This document shows, piece after piece, positions 21,101 to 31,313 of a stretch of 64,000 nt of DNA (positions are counted from its first letter, which is position 1; each line of letters begins with the position of its first letter). A model generated the notes under the pieces. The model did no database searches. It was given only the letters and a program-made list of their open reading frames with translations, and was not told the origin of the DNA. This DNA comes from Candidatus Omnitrophota bacterium. GTDB lineage: Bacteria; Omnitrophota; Gorgyraeia; Zapsychrales; Fredricksoniimonadaceae. The stretch is from the NCBI GenBank assembly GCA_903860135.1, contig CAIOPG010000009.1, positions 175,805 to 239,804 on the forward strand, written 5' to 3'. Both the position numbers and the translations under genes were made by a program.

Positions 21101-23757
21101 AACGAAAGAACCCCTTTCACGATCTTCGCCGCCTCTGCCATCGCCTCAGGCAACCTCGACGGTTCCTTGCCGCCAGCCTGCGCCATATTCGGCTTGCCGC
21201 CACCCGACCCGCCGATAAGAGGCGCGACTGTACGGATAATATCACCGGCCTTGATGCCCCTGGCCACAAGGTCATCCGTCACCGCGATCAGAAAAGCCGC
21301 CTCTGACGGTCCGGCGTCAGCACCGAGCAAATGAACAGATGATGAACATTTCTGTTTGATCATGTCAGATACACGGCGCAAGGTATCCATATCGACATCC
21401 TTGAATATATGCGCCAGGATCAAACTGCCACCGACCTTTTCAGCACCGGCTAAAACAGCATCAAGCCCGCTCCGGATAATATCAAAATTAAGAGTACTCA
21501 CTTCTTTCTGAAGCCCATTCAGTCGCAGCGACTGCTGTTCAATGCGCGCCGGAAGATCATCTGCGGCAACCTTGAGCGCCTGCGCCGCCTTATCAAGGAT
21601 CAACTCACGCCCGCGCACATAAGCCATGGCACCAGCCCCCGTCACCGCTTCAATGCGGCGAATACCCTGCGCCACCGCCCCTTCGGTCACGATCCTGAAG
21701 AAACCGATCTGCCCGGTAGCCGACACATGTGTGCCACCGCAAAATTCTTTGGAATGATCGCCGACCGTCACCACACGCACGGTATCCCCGTATTTCTCGG
21801 CAAAAAAAGCCAGTGCCCCGCTGGTGGCCGCCTGTTCGCGCGTCATTTCCGTCATCGCCACAGGTTCACAGGAACGGACAAGCCTGTTGACCATATCCTC
21901 GATCTTCTCGATCTCCGCACGGCCGACAGCTTTCGGATGCGTGAAATCAAACCGCAAACGGTCAGCATCAACCAGCGATCCCTGCTGTTTCACATGTTCT
22001 CCAAGGATCATGCGCAATGCCGCCTGCAAAAGATGGGTCGCTGTATGATTGCGCGCCACAGCCATACGCCGTTCGCCGTCGATAGCTGATTTGACAGCCG
22101 CAAGGGCCTTGCATACGCCTTTTTCGACAATCGCCGCATGCACATAAACATCCGCCACCTTGCGCACATGCTGCACCCGCAGTACACAGCCCTGCCCTGA
22201 TATCACACCGATATCCGCGCACTGCCCTCCCTGCTCGGCATAAAATGGCGTCTTGTCGAGCACAACAGTAACTTGACTGCCTTCAAGCGCTTCATCCACG
22301 GCCTGCGCCCCTACAAAGACTTTAAGAACAATACTTTCACACGCCGGCTGATCGTAACCAACAAAAATGGTCTTGGGCAAGCCCTTCACATCCACGTCGC
22401 CCGACAAAAACACATCGCCCTGCATCTTGCTGGCCGCGCGTGAACGCTCCTTCTGCGCGTCCATCTTTTTCTCAACAACGCGCATAACCCCCGCATGGAT
22501 ATCCGCCGCGAAGTTTGCACGTATCCTGGCCTCAATCAGATTCAGCGGCAGGCCGTAAGTGTCGCGGTAACCAAACATTTTCTCGCCGATCTCGGCGACC
22601 AATCCCGCCCCAGACGACTGGCGGGCTTTGATCTCCGCCAGATACGCATCAAGTTCAGGCACTTTTTCACGATTAAGCTTGATCACAGACTCCTCGACAC
22701 GCCTTACCGTTTCAACAATATCTTTTTCCTTGCCCAAAAGTTCAGGATACGGTGCCTGCATCAGCTGGACAACCTCGTGAACAAAGGTATGGATCAAGGG
22801 TTTTGTCACCCCTGCCTGGATCAGGATATTGGCCATGTCCACAACGAGTTTGCGCATCACATAGCCGCGCCCTTCATTGGAAGGAATAACCCCGTCGCAA
22901 ATACCAAAAGTCACGGCCCGGATATGATCCGTGATCAAACGGGTTTCACGCAAAGGCAGGGGGGCTCCCTGTGCGGCAACGGCTTGCTTCACCGCCGCCA
23001 TCACCGGGGCAAAAAGGTCAGACTCAAAATTATTCCGTTTGCCCTGCAGTACCGCGGTCAAACGCTCCAGCCCCATACCGGTATCAATATTCTTCGCCGG
23101 TAACGGTTCTAGGACACCGCCGTCCCTACGGTTATACTGCGTGAAAACAAGATTCCAAACCTCGCAAAAACGACCACAACTGCAATCAGGATCGCACGAA
23201 GGATTGGAACAACCATTAACGCCCCAATCAAAAAATATTTCCGAACAAGGCCCACAGGGGCCGTTGGGACCGTTCAACCGCGCATTCGACGGCCAGAAGT
23301 TGGATTTATCGCCAAGCTTGACGATGCGGCTCGACGGGAGCTGGATCTCATTCAACCATATCCCGTAAGCCTCCGCATCATCCTTATGCACAGAAACCCA
23401 GAGTTTCTCACCGGGGATACCCATTTCCAGAGTCAGGAATTCCCACGCCCAGGTGATCGCCTCACGCTTGAAATAATCCCCAAAAGAGAAATTGCCGAGC
23501 ATCTCGAACATCGTATGATGGAAATCCGTAACACCAACCTCGGTCAAGTCATCGGTGCGCAGGCATTTTTGTGATGTGGCCGCTCGCGCAAAACCCGTCA
23601 AATGCCCCATGAACTGCGGTTTGAACTGCTGCATCCCCGCTGTGGTGAAGAGCACCGTCGGATCATCCTTGGGTACAAGCGAATCACTCGCAATGACCGC
23701 ATGCCCCTTGGACTTGAAAAACTCGAGAAACTTTGTACGAATAGCATGCCCGGTCAT
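21097..23757 (-). CDS. alaS: Alanine--tRNA ligase
   Basis: 886 aa. Class II catalytic core, editing domain (HTATHLL) and C-terminal DHHA1-like region. Confidence 0.95.
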   Translation of the reverse strand: MTGHAIRTKFLEFFKSKGHAVIASDSLVPKDDPTVLFTTAGMQQFKPQFMGHLTGFARAATSQKCLRTDDLTEVGVTDFHHTMFEMLGNFSFGDYFKREAITWAWEFLTLEMGIPGEKLWVSVHKDDAEAYGIWLNEIQLPSSRIVKLGDKSNFWPSNARLNGPNGPCGPCSEIFFDWGVNGCSNPSCDPDCSCGRFCEVWNLVFTQYNRRDGGVLEPLPAKNIDTGMGLERLTAVLQGKRNNFESDLFAPVMAAVKQAVAAQGAPLPLRETRLITDHIRAVTFGICDGVIPSNEGRGYVMRKLVVDMANILIQAGVTKPLIHTFVHEVVQLMQAPYPELLGKEKDIVETVRRVEESVIKLNREKVPELDAYLAEIKARQSSGAGLVAEIGEKMFGYRDTYGLPLNLIEARIRANFAADIHAGVMRVVEKKMDAQKERSRAASKMQGDVFLSGDVDVKGLPKTIFVGYDQPACESIVLKVFVGAQAVDEALEGSQVTVVLDKTPFYAEQGGQCADIGVISGQGCVLRVQHVRKVADVYVHAAIVEKGVCKALAAVKSAIDGERRMAVARNHTATHLLQAALRMILGEHVKQQGSLVDADRLRFDFTHPKAVGRAEIEKIEDMVNRLVRSCEPVAMTEMTREQAATSGALAFFAEKYGDTVRVVTVGDHSKEFCGGTHVSATGQIGFFRIVTEGAVAQGIRRIEAVTGAGAMAYVRGRELILDKAAQALKVAADDLPARIEQQSLRLNGLQKEVSTLNFDIIRSGLDAVLAGAEKVGGSLILAHIFKDVDMDTLRRVSDMIKQKCSSSVHLLGADAGPSEAAFLIAVTDDLVARGIKAGDIIRTVAPLIGGSGGGKPNMAQAGGKEPSRLPEAMAEAAKIVKGVLSL

Positions 23758-24248
23758 GATCCTGTCCTTCCTGCCGATAGAACTTTATGAATAACATCCG
23801 CCGAGAAGCCGCGGCGGAGCAGATAATCCGTCATACGCCTGTTTCTTTGGAATGGCTCGAGATCTTTATAATGCGCCATTTTCTTCTCGACCAGCGCTAC
23901 CACCATCTCGCCTTCATTATAATCCGCACGAAGCTGATCCCATTCCCTGCGGACCAGCTCCGGTGCTATGCCCTTATCTTTAAGTTCAAGCGTTACACGC
24001 TTGATACCCAGCGGCCTTTGCAAACGGCAACGCAACCATGCCCGCGTAAAAGCCGGGTCATCGAGAAGCCCCCTGCGCACCAAAGAGGCAATGGTATCCT
24101 CGACCATCACTGCCGGATATGCCTTGCCCACCATTTTACGCCGCACCTCTTCGATGGCGCGCGGCCTGAATTTCAAAAGGCGTAACGCATAAACCTGCGC
24201 TTTTTTGCGGATGATCTCATCCATTACAGGAACATCCACCACACCCAT
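23754..24248 (-). CDS. recX: Regulatory protein RecX
   Basis: 164 aa helical-repeat protein directly downstream of recA. recA-recX-alaS order matches E. coli. Confidence 0.75.
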   Translation of the reverse strand: MGVVDVPVMDEIIRKKAQVYALRLLKFRPRAIEEVRRKMVGKAYPAVMVEDTIASLVRRGLLDDPAFTRAWLRCRLQRPLGIKRVTLELKDKGIAPELVRREWDQLRADYNEGEMVVALVEKKMAHYKDLEPFQRNRRMTDYLLRRGFSADVIHKVLSAGRTGS

Positions 24249-24250
24249 CC

Positions 24251-25300
24251 CTACTCGGCATGTTTTGAAGGTAACGGCACCACCTTGGACTTCTCCAGGA
24301 TCACCTTCTCGATCTTCTGAGCCACCTTCGGATTCTCCTGAAGATAACGGCGCACATTATCGCGCCCCTGGCCGATGCGCTCACCTTCAAAAGCAAACCA
24401 GGCGCCAGACTTATCGATCACATTGTATTTGGTCCCCATATCCACCAGATCGCTGGCCAAGGAAATGCCCTCGTCAAAATGGATCTCAAATTCAGCCTCT
24501 TTGAACGGGGCCGCGACCTTGTTCTTGACGATCTTGGCACGCACCCGGTTGCCGATCACCTCATCGCCCCTTTTGAGCGTCTCGATACGGCGCAGGTCAA
24601 TGCGCACCGATGAATAGAACTTCAGGGCATTACCGCCGGTCGTTGTTTCGGGATTACCGAACATCACGCCGATCTTCATACGGATCTGATTGATAAAAAT
24701 GAGGCAAGTATTGGACTTGCTCGTAACCGCCGTTAATTTCCGAAGGGCCTGCGACATCAGCCGCGCATGCAACCCCATATGACTATCGCCCATATCACCC
24801 TCGATCTCGGCCTTGGGCGTCAACGCGGCCACAGAATCAATGACAACCAGGTCTACAGCACTCGACCGCACCAGCGTTTCCGCGATCTCCAGGGCCTGTT
24901 CACCGGTATCAGGCTGAGACACCAGCAGGTCTTCCAACTTAACACCCAACCTGGCCGCATACGCCGCGTCAAAAGCATGTTCAGCATCGATGAACGCCGC
25001 CACCCCGCCTTTTTTCTGGATCTGATGGATCAGGCTCAGCGTCAACGTGGTCTTACCCGAAGATTCCGGGCCGTAGATCTCAACCACGCGCCCGCGCGGG
25101 ATACCACCCACGCCAAGGGCAATGTCAAGGGCAATAGAACCGGTCGGGATCGAATCCACATCAACACGGGCCTGCCCGTCGAGTTTCATGATAGACCCCT
25201 TCCCGAACTGCTTTTCGATCTGCGTCAGCGCAAGATCCAGCGCTTTCTTGCGGTTTTCTGTTTCCGCAGGCGACATTTTTTTGACTTCCGACATGTTCAT
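24251..25300 (-). CDS. recA: Recombinase RecA
   Basis: [18 protein letters not shown] and Walker [10 protein letters not shown]. The start is inferred at the MNMSEV ATG at 25300, which has a GGAGGA SD 4 nt upstream. The ORF-track start at 25348 is an extension. Confidence 0.95.
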   Translation of the reverse strand: MNMSEVKKMSPAETENRKKALDLALTQIEKQFGKGSIMKLDGQARVDVDSIPTGSIALDIALGVGGIPRGRVVEIYGPESSGKTTLTLSLIHQIQKKGGVAAFIDAEHAFDAAYAARLGVKLEDLLVSQPDTGEQALEIAETLVRSSAVDLVVIDSVAALTPKAEIEGDMGDSHMGLHARLMSQALRKLTAVTSKSNTCLIFINQIRMKIGVMFGNPETTTGGNALKFYSSVRIDLRRIETLKRGDEVIGNRVRAKIVKNKVAAPFKEAEFEIHFDEGISLASDLVDMGTKYNVIDKSGAWFAFEGERIGQGRDNVRRYLQENPKVAQKIEKVILEKSKVVPLPSKHAE

Positions 25301-25339
25301 TTCCTCCAATAAGATAATATTAATAAGAAGGGGTGGATG

Positions 25340-25368
25340 ATTATACAAAAGGAGGCTGTGATTGTCAA
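25340..25368 (-). promoter_or_regulatory. Consensus sigma70-type promoter of recA (TTGACA-N17-TATAAT)
   Basis: Minus strand reads gTTGACAatcacagcctccttttgTATAATcatcc. The -35 box (25363-25368) overlaps the stop of the upstream TMTC-like gene. The -10 box is at 25340-25345. No LexA-box-like palindrome between the -10 and the start. Confidence 0.6.
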
Positions 25369-27080
25369 CGCAACTTCAGCCCCCTCTTGCTCAATTGTAT
25401 GATCTTATCCAATCTTGGTCCATCCCCCAGAATGCTACCAATGATCTTAAGCCCCCGTGTCACGCCACCAGTGCCTTCGGCGTGCTCGAGTGCCAACAAA
25501 AAATTGATCGCCAACTCATCCGTATAATGTGAAGGCAATATCCGTTCAAGATACGTCACCGACACAGGATATTGCTTGATCGCGTAATAATAATCTGCCA
25601 TCCCCAACTGCCCATAATAAGATAATGGCACCTTATTGAATATCCGTTCAAAAGCCGCCTTCCCGTCATCCAAACGACCCAACTGTAAATAACAAACGCC
25701 AAGATAGTAATTTGAAAGCGTTGCGTCACACCCTGGATCTTTCAGGGCAAGCAAAAAATTATCTACTGCCTCTTGATATTTCTTCAATCGAAAAAACTCC
25801 GTTCCTTTAAAGAAATAGCCCATGTGGTGCTCTGGATAAGCCTTGACCCAAGCCTCACCCAGAGAGAAATTGCTCCGCCATACCAAATTACTTGTGATGG
25901 CGGGAAGAAGTAACGAAACGATGGCCGCAGAACATAAAAAATACCGCATCCCCGCCGATAAGCGACCACCCCATACCCGCCCCCAATATACAAGGAGCGT
26001 GGCCATCAAGAACGCTATACCCACAAAAGGGATATACATATAACGCAAAGCAACTGGATTGGGATTAACCCAATAAACCAAAGCCGGCAAAAAGAAAACA
26101 CACACCCATAATGCCGCCCATGAAACCTTTGTACGCCTCATTATTAAAATAATCATTGAAGCCATCAGCGTAACAACCAGAAATGCCAGACCTATCATGT
26201 CAACAGAAAGCCATGGGCGCGGCAATGGCCAATATAGAGGCGGCATAACACCAGCAGAAAGAACAAAACAGATCTCTTTTAAATAAAGTGCCACGATCTG
26301 AACAAAAACCGACATATACTCCTGCCAGCCATACCCGACAGCAAAGTTACGTATAAAACCAGTATTCTGGAAAACAAAGAAATATACATACAAATAAAAG
26401 AATGAAATAAAAAAGAACGGCCAATAGGGCCGTTGTTTTATAACCTTTGCCTCCAGCCCAAGAATCGTTCTGTCAAAGAATACAATGACCAATGGAAAGA
26501 AGAGGGCTGTCTCTTTGGAAAACAGTGCCAGAAAATAAGCTGTATACGCAAGAATGGCCCACAGCGCAGTAATCTTCTTTCGAAAATAAAGCCAGGATTG
26601 AAACGCGATCAAGAGAAAAAAACAAGCCAGCAAGTCTGATCTGTAGCCTATCGCAGCAACAGGTTCCGTATTAGCAGGATGAATAGCAAAAATAATGGCG
26701 GCTGACAAAGCTACGAGCGGTGTCGAAAGAAGCGCAACGATCTGATAAAGCAAAAGGACATTGGCCAAATGCAATACAAGACTTGTCAGATGATACCCGA
26801 AAGGGCGATTATCCCAACCCAAACAATCAAAGAAGAAACTCATCGTCGTCATAGGCCGGTAAGCTACTGACCCCGTTCCCTTGTCAGGAGAATGGCCATA
26901 CAGCACTTCATCGGGAATAACATTATACCCGGAACGGAAAATTCTAACGATATTGGACGAGTTTTTATAAAAAGAATTGTTGCCAAAGAGAGCATGATCA
27001 TCACCGGCAAAACCATTCCATAAAACACATGAAAAACACAATAGAATCAAAACAACAAGGCTGATCTTATGCTTGAACAT
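25365..27080 (-). CDS. Polytopic membrane protein of the TMTC/PMT-like GT-C glycosyltransferase type (DUF1736-like HPxNTEPV motif) with C-terminal TPR repeats
   Basis: 571 aa. About 11 TM helices, the [10 protein letters not shown] motif, and roughly 4 TPRs in the C-terminal 180 aa. Confidence 0.5.
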   Translation of the reverse strand: MFKHKISLVVLILLCFSCVLWNGFAGDDHALFGNNSFYKNSSNIVRIFRSGYNVIPDEVLYGHSPDKGTGSVAYRPMTTMSFFFDCLGWDNRPFGYHLTSLVLHLANVLLLYQIVALLSTPLVALSAAIIFAIHPANTEPVAAIGYRSDLLACFFLLIAFQSWLYFRKKITALWAILAYTAYFLALFSKETALFFPLVIVFFDRTILGLEAKVIKQRPYWPFFFISFFYLYVYFFVFQNTGFIRNFAVGYGWQEYMSVFVQIVALYLKEICFVLSAGVMPPLYWPLPRPWLSVDMIGLAFLVVTLMASMIILIMRRTKVSWAALWVCVFFLPALVYWVNPNPVALRYMYIPFVGIAFLMATLLVYWGRVWGGRLSAGMRYFLCSAAIVSLLLPAITSNLVWRSNFSLGEAWVKAYPEHHMGYFFKGTEFFRLKKYQEAVDNFLLALKDPGCDATLSNYYLGVCYLQLGRLDDGKAAFERIFNKVPLSYYGQLGMADYYYAIKQYPVSVTYLERILPSHYTDELAINFLLALEHAEGTGGVTRGLKIIGSILGDGPRLDKIIQLSKRGLKLR

Positions 27081-27092
27081 TATAGCGTCACT

Positions 27093-27839
27093 TCAACTCA
27101 AGGAATTGTTTAGGATCGCAAAAGATACAACCGCTATCGCGGCTGTATCCACTTTTAAAACATTCTCACCGAGAGTCACAGGCACCGCACCAGCTAGCAC
27201 GGCTTCGACTGCTTCCTCAGGCGTGAAATCTCCTTCAGGTCCAATAAAAAAAACAAAATCCCCTGCATTTCGGCGCGCCGCCAGCGCCATACCCAAAGAA
27301 ATCCGTTCTCCTTCAAGCCATGGGAAAAAAAGAAATTTTCCGGGAACAGCTGTCATGGCCAGCGTTTGGAAGAAAGAAACCGGTAATGTGATCTCGGGAA
27401 ACCATGGACGCTTGCACTGTTTGGCCGCGTTGAGCGCCACCCTCTGGTAACGGGCAAGTTTATGATCAGCTTTCTCGCCGTGCACGTCGTTCTCGGTCCT
27501 TGCCGTAACCATAGGGATAATACGGTCCACCCCTAGCTCGGTGCACTTTTCAATGATCGTTTCAAATTTGGTTCTTTTGGGGATGGCGCAGGCCAGCGTG
27601 ATGTGCGGCCCATGATGCCTCGGAACAACGACAAGAGATCTGATATCAACCCAGGCCGCTGTGCGTGAAACCTCCCGAAGCACCCCTTGCGCCACGCCCC
27701 CTTGCCCGTTCACGATCTCGACGCTATCGCCTGCCTTCAAGCGCAGGACACGGGTCACATGGGCAAATTCATCAGGGTCATCGAGCAAAATACGCGTATC
27801 ATGGCCGGAAAATGGATGGAAAAATCTTCCCGCAGACAC
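27093..27839 (-). CDS. rsmE: 16S rRNA (uracil1498-N3)-methyltransferase
   Basis: 248 aa. PUA-like N-terminus and SPOUT C-terminus (GPEGDFTPEE). Confidence 0.8.
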   Translation of the reverse strand: MSAGRFFHPFSGHDTRILLDDPDEFAHVTRVLRLKAGDSVEIVNGQGGVAQGVLREVSRTAAWVDIRSLVVVPRHHGPHITLACAIPKRTKFETIIEKCTELGVDRIIPMVTARTENDVHGEKADHKLARYQRVALNAAKQCKRPWFPEITLPVSFFQTLAMTAVPGKFLFFPWLEGERISLGMALAARRNAGDFVFFIGPEGDFTPEEAVEAVLAGAVPVTLGENVLKVDTAAIAVVSFAILNNSLS

Positions 27840-27841
27840 GC

Positions 27842-28474
27842 CTAATAACCCCCGGCATTTTCTCGGAAAGTGATGCTGACTTGAGGATTGTCCGTTGTGC
27901 CAGCTGTAAGTGCCCCGGCACTCACAGCCGCGCCAGCAGACGGTGTTTTTCGTCCAACGACGGTCATCTGAAAATAATATTCTCCGGTAGCCCCATCAGC
28001 CACCAGCACAGGATCAGCAATATTGGCATGTGTAAACATATCTTTGACAACATACCCCTCAAAGGTATCTCCCGTAGTACAAGTACCCACTGCCGTCAAT
28101 TCACAACTATATACCGCTGTCTGATCAAGATCACCCGGCTTACTGAAGCAAGTCCAGTTGTCATCTGTGTAAATCTCGGGTGTGAATGCTCCCGATACCT
28201 GGACATCATGCCGAAAACAAAGTGACGAATTGGTGTTATTCAAGTAAATATTTACGCCTGTATCCGAAGGCGATCCATGAAGGCTCCGCACACTCATCCG
28301 TATCTTGTTCACTAAGTATTGAGCTTGGATGTTAATCAAGGCTTCCGAAGAAACATTACTGCCACTCTTGCGCAGTCCATAATCCACACTAAAAATGGCT
28401 GCCATCATGAAGGTGACAATAATGCTCGCCACAATAAGTTCAGCCATTGTAACGGCAGAAGAAGATACTTTCAT
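27842..28474 (-). CDS. Minor (pseudo)pilin-like protein with non-canonical class III leader
   Basis: Inferred start MKVSSSAVTMAELIVASIIV at 28474, giving a 4-nt overlap with the upstream gene. Glu at +5 and a hydrophobic helix, then a Thr/Gly-rich C-terminus. Confidence 0.5.
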   Translation of the reverse strand: MKVSSSAVTMAELIVASIIVTFMMAAIFSVDYGLRKSGSNVSSEALINIQAQYLVNKIRMSVRSLHGSPSDTGVNIYLNNTNSSLCFRHDVQVSGAFTPEIYTDDNWTCFSKPGDLDQTAVYSCELTAVGTCTTGDTFEGYVVKDMFTHANIADPVLVADGATGEYYFQMTVVGRKTPSAGAAVSAGALTAGTTDNPQVSITFRENAGGY

Positions 28475-28476
28475 AA

Positions 28477-28830
28477 TCACCAATTTACCGTCACAGTAAC
28501 CTGGCGCGTTGTCCCGAAGCCAGCTACAACCGTGTAACTGGCTGATGTCATCGAGGTGCAATTGGGATAGGATGCCACAGTAACAGCATGCGCACCGAGC
28601 GTAAGCACGCCCGTACTCCATGTAGAACCCGCCACCGACTTATTCAAGCTATCCAGTATCTCTTTACCGCATAACCCCGCAACCATCCTCGCTTCCGATC
28701 CACGCCCCGAGACCCGCGTTTGGACAATGGTAGCCAAAACCCCCGCAGATGCCACCACAAAAATAACAGACGCGACAATAACCTCGGTCATAGAAAAACC
28801 TGCCTGATCCGTATAAAATTTCATGGACAA
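28477..28830 (-). CDS. Minor pilin / pseudopilin (prepilin-type N-terminal cleavage/methylation domain)
   Basis: Leader ...DQAG|FSMTEVIVASVIFV with Glu+5. Confidence 0.6.
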   Translation of the reverse strand: MSMKFYTDQAGFSMTEVIVASVIFVVASAGVLATIVQTRVSGRGSEARMVAGLCGKEILDSLNKSVAGSTWSTGVLTLGAHAVTVASYPNCTSMTSASYTVVAGFGTTRQVTVTVNW

Positions 28831-29210
28831 TTAGCCCCCGCGCATGAAGGATTAGTTCCGGCCACAACTGGACTTGCTAATGTGACCGTGACCGTCAGAC
28901 CAGATCCAATACTGCCCACACATGTCCCGCTACCACAGGAATACGACACCCCGTCAGCAATAATATGTGTAGCCAACGCCGTATTGATAGCATTGATATC
29001 AGCAGCTACCAGATTAGTGCCGTTGTTATACAAACGATACTGGGCATTGGCGGCATGAATGATACTCAAATTATCCACAACAGAACGCCCGCGCGTGCGA
29101 TCAATCGTCTTAATAAACTGCGGGATAGCCATACCAACCAATATTCCGGAAATGACAAAAATAACCATTAACTCAATCATGGTAAAAGCTTCATTATAAA
29201 GTTTAGTCAT
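28821..29210 (-). CDS. Type IV pilin, family A paralog 1 (C-terminal Cys loop)
   Basis: Inferred start MTKLYNEA|FTMIELMVIFV. The ATG overlaps the stop of paralog A2 (ATGA). Motifs IIHAANA, AINTAL and a C-terminal C..G.NCP. Confidence 0.7.
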   Translation of the reverse strand: MTKLYNEAFTMIELMVIFVISGILVGMAIPQFIKTIDRTRGRSVVDNLSIIHAANAQYRLYNNGTNLVAADINAINTALATHIIADGVSYSCGSGTCVGSIGSGLTVTVTLASPVVAGTNPSCAGANCP

Positions 29211-29581
29211 GGACAACTTGTTCCTGTACATGTCGCAACGCCCGAACTTGTGTTCGGAGTTGTTACAACAAATCCCGTACCCGTAGCCGTGCATTCCGTA
29301 CCTGAAGAACAAGAATATGTGGCACCATCAGCCTTAATATTTAACCCGAGAGCCGTATTTATGGCAGCCACATCTCCAGCCGTAGTATTAGCTCCAGAAC
29401 GTGAAAGAAAGAGGGCATTAGCCGCATGAATAATCGAAATGTTCGTCATGGCCGAACGCGCCTTTGACCGTAAAATAGTTTTTGAAAACTGCGGAACAGC
29501 AAATGCGGCAATGATTGAAATGATGCTCAAAACAACAATAAGTTCAATCAGCGTAAACCCGCTACGCATAAAATACCTCAT
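29207..29581 (-). CDS. Type IV pilin, family A paralog 2
   Basis: MRYFMRSG|FTLIELIVVL leader. Same IIHAANA/AINTAL motifs and a C-terminal CTGTSCP. Confidence 0.7.
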   Translation of the reverse strand: MRYFMRSGFTLIELIVVLSIISIIAAFAVPQFSKTILRSKARSAMTNISIIHAANALFLSRSGANTTAGDVAAINTALGLNIKADGATYSCSSGTECTATGTGFVVTTPNTSSGVATCTGTSCP

Positions 29582-29979
29582 GGGCAACTTGAACCAGAAC
29601 AAGATGGATTTGAGTCACTTAACGCAGTAGCCAACGTGAGCGTCTCTGTAAACCCTGAACCTGTCGCAAGGCATGTCCCTGAATCAGTACAGGAATAAGT
29701 CACTCCATTCGACGTGATCTTTAACTCCAGAGCCGTATTAATGGCCACTAAATTTCCGGCTGTAGATGCATTAACATTTGAATTATTATTACGTAAACGA
29801 TAATACCCATTAGCCGCGTGGATCAGATTAAGATTGGCGATCCCTGCACGTGCATAGGCACGCTTGGTACTTTTTGAAAGAAGCGTGGTCGCAAAAATTG
29901 CTAAAATACCAACAAGCGCCAACACAATTATCATTTCAATGAGCGTAAAAGCCTGACGCATAGTTGGTCTCATGCGCAC
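29578..29979 (-). CDS. Type IV pilin, family A paralog 3
   Basis: MRMRPTMRQA|FTLIEMIIVL. LIHAANG, AINTAL and a C-terminal CSGSSCP. Confidence 0.7.
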   Translation of the reverse strand: MRMRPTMRQAFTLIEMIIVLALVGILAIFATTLLSKSTKRAYARAGIANLNLIHAANGYYRLRNNNSNVNASTAGNLVAINTALELKITSNGVTYSCTDSGTCLATGSGFTETLTLATALSDSNPSCSGSSCP

Positions 29980-30389
29980 GGCGTATTAGGACAAATTTTC
30001 TTAAGTGTGTCCGGACATGAACCACACGAAAAAGCACCCGCTGCAGACACACTAACAGTATATGAACCTGTCGCTGGCTGAACAGCGGATTTTATCGTCA
30101 ATGAAACAGCACCCGTTGATGTATTGCACACAGGTGCCGCAAAATTCGTCGGCGTAACCGTTACATCCAGATTGGCACAAGCGGCACTGGTATCATAGGT
30201 GCTTTTTTCAAGATTATACCTTATCTGAGCCGCGTTGAGCGTGTTAAGGACATTAATCCCTTCAGTAAAGATCGTTTGATCCTTCGCTCCTACCATACGC
30301 GGTACAGCCAACGACGCCAATACACCAATGATAACAATCACGACGATAATTTCAATTAATGTAAAAGCAGACGATCGTATTATATTCAT
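29970..30389 (-). CDS. Type IV pilin (distinct, 5 Cys)
   Basis: MNIIRSSA|FTLIEIIVVIVIIGVLA. C-terminal CGSCP...CPNTPCA. Confidence 0.7.
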   Translation of the reverse strand: MNIIRSSAFTLIEIIVVIVIIGVLASLAVPRMVGAKDQTIFTEGINVLNTLNAAQIRYNLEKSTYDTSAACANLDVTVTPTNFAAPVCNTSTGAVSLTIKSAVQPATGSYTVSVSAAGAFSCGSCPDTLKKICPNTPCA

Positions 30390-30401
30390 ACCATTCCAAA
30401 A

Positions 30402-30818
30402 CTAATTCTTCAATGTTGAAAAAATCCCACCCTTTATCTTTGTAACAGTTCCCGCAGGGGCATTCAGCCTAAGCGTGATCGTATCAGCAACTCCTGCACC
30501 ACCTTTTAAAGTAGCTGTCGCACCGCAAGCAGATGCATTCGCACATTCAGTAGCGGTAAATGAATACGTAAAATTAGTTGATGCCGTTGGAAATGAATAG
30601 CCCGATATTGCTGTTATATTATTACATGCCGTATAATCTTCACTGTTCTGAATATAACATTCCTGGACTTTGCGCATCAAAACGCCAAGCTGCATATAAG
30701 CCTCTGCCGCTTTGGCAATATTCACCTGAGCGCTAAGACGCGGCAAAGCTACTGCGGCCAAAACACCAATGATGATAACAACAATGATGATCTCGATTAG
30801 TGTAAAGCCTTTTTTCAT
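30402..30818 (-). CDS. Type IV major pilin, family B paralog 1
   Basis: MKKG|FTLIEIIIVVIIIGVLAAVALP. Near-identical to the next two genes. Ends KGGIFSTLKN. Confidence 0.8.
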   Translation of the reverse strand: MKKGFTLIEIIIVVIIIGVLAAVALPRLSAQVNIAKAAEAYMQLGVLMRKVQECYIQNSEDYTACNNITAISGYSFPTASTNFTYSFTATECANASACGATATLKGGAGVADTITLRLNAPAGTVTKIKGGIFSTLKN

Positions 30819-30836
30819 TACTTACCCCATTTCCAA

Positions 30837-31256
30837 TTAATTCTTTAATGTAGAGAAAATACCGCCCTTGGTTTTTGTAACAGTTCCCGCAGGGGCATTC
30901 AGGGTAAGCGTGATCGTATCAGCAACTCCTGCACCACCTTTTAAAGTAGCTGTCGCACCGCAAGCAGATGCATTCGCACATTCAGTAGCGGTAAATGAAT
31001 AGGTAAAATTACTTGATGCCGTTGGAAATGAATAGCCCGATATTGCTGTTACATTATTACATGCCGTATAATCTTCACTGTTCTGAATATAACATTCCTG
31101 GACTTTGCGCATCAAAACACCAAGCTGCATATAAGCCTCTGCCGCTTTGGCAATATTCACCTGAGCGCTAAGACGCGGCAGTGCTACTGCGGCCAAAACA
31201 CCAATGATGATAACAACAATGATGATCTCGATTAGTGTAAAACCCTTTTTTTTCAT
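30837..31256 (-). CDS. Type IV major pilin, family B paralog 2
   Basis: MKKKG|FTLIE... Differs from paralog 1 at only a few residues. Confidence 0.8.
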   Translation of the reverse strand: MKKKGFTLIEIIIVVIIIGVLAAVALPRLSAQVNIAKAAEAYMQLGVLMRKVQECYIQNSEDYTACNNVTAISGYSFPTASSNFTYSFTATECANASACGATATLKGGAGVADTITLTLNAPAGTVTKTKGGIFSTLKN

Positions 31257-31313
31257 ACATTTCCTTTTTTAGTGTTTTATTAGTATGTTCCTGCATTAAT
31301 AATATTTTTGGAA

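Noticed and set aside
25365-27080. O-antigen ligase / Wzy call for the polytopic membrane protein
   Set aside because: The C-terminal TPR repeats and HPxNTEPV-type motif fit TMTC/PMT-like GT-C enzymes better. The call is still low-confidence.
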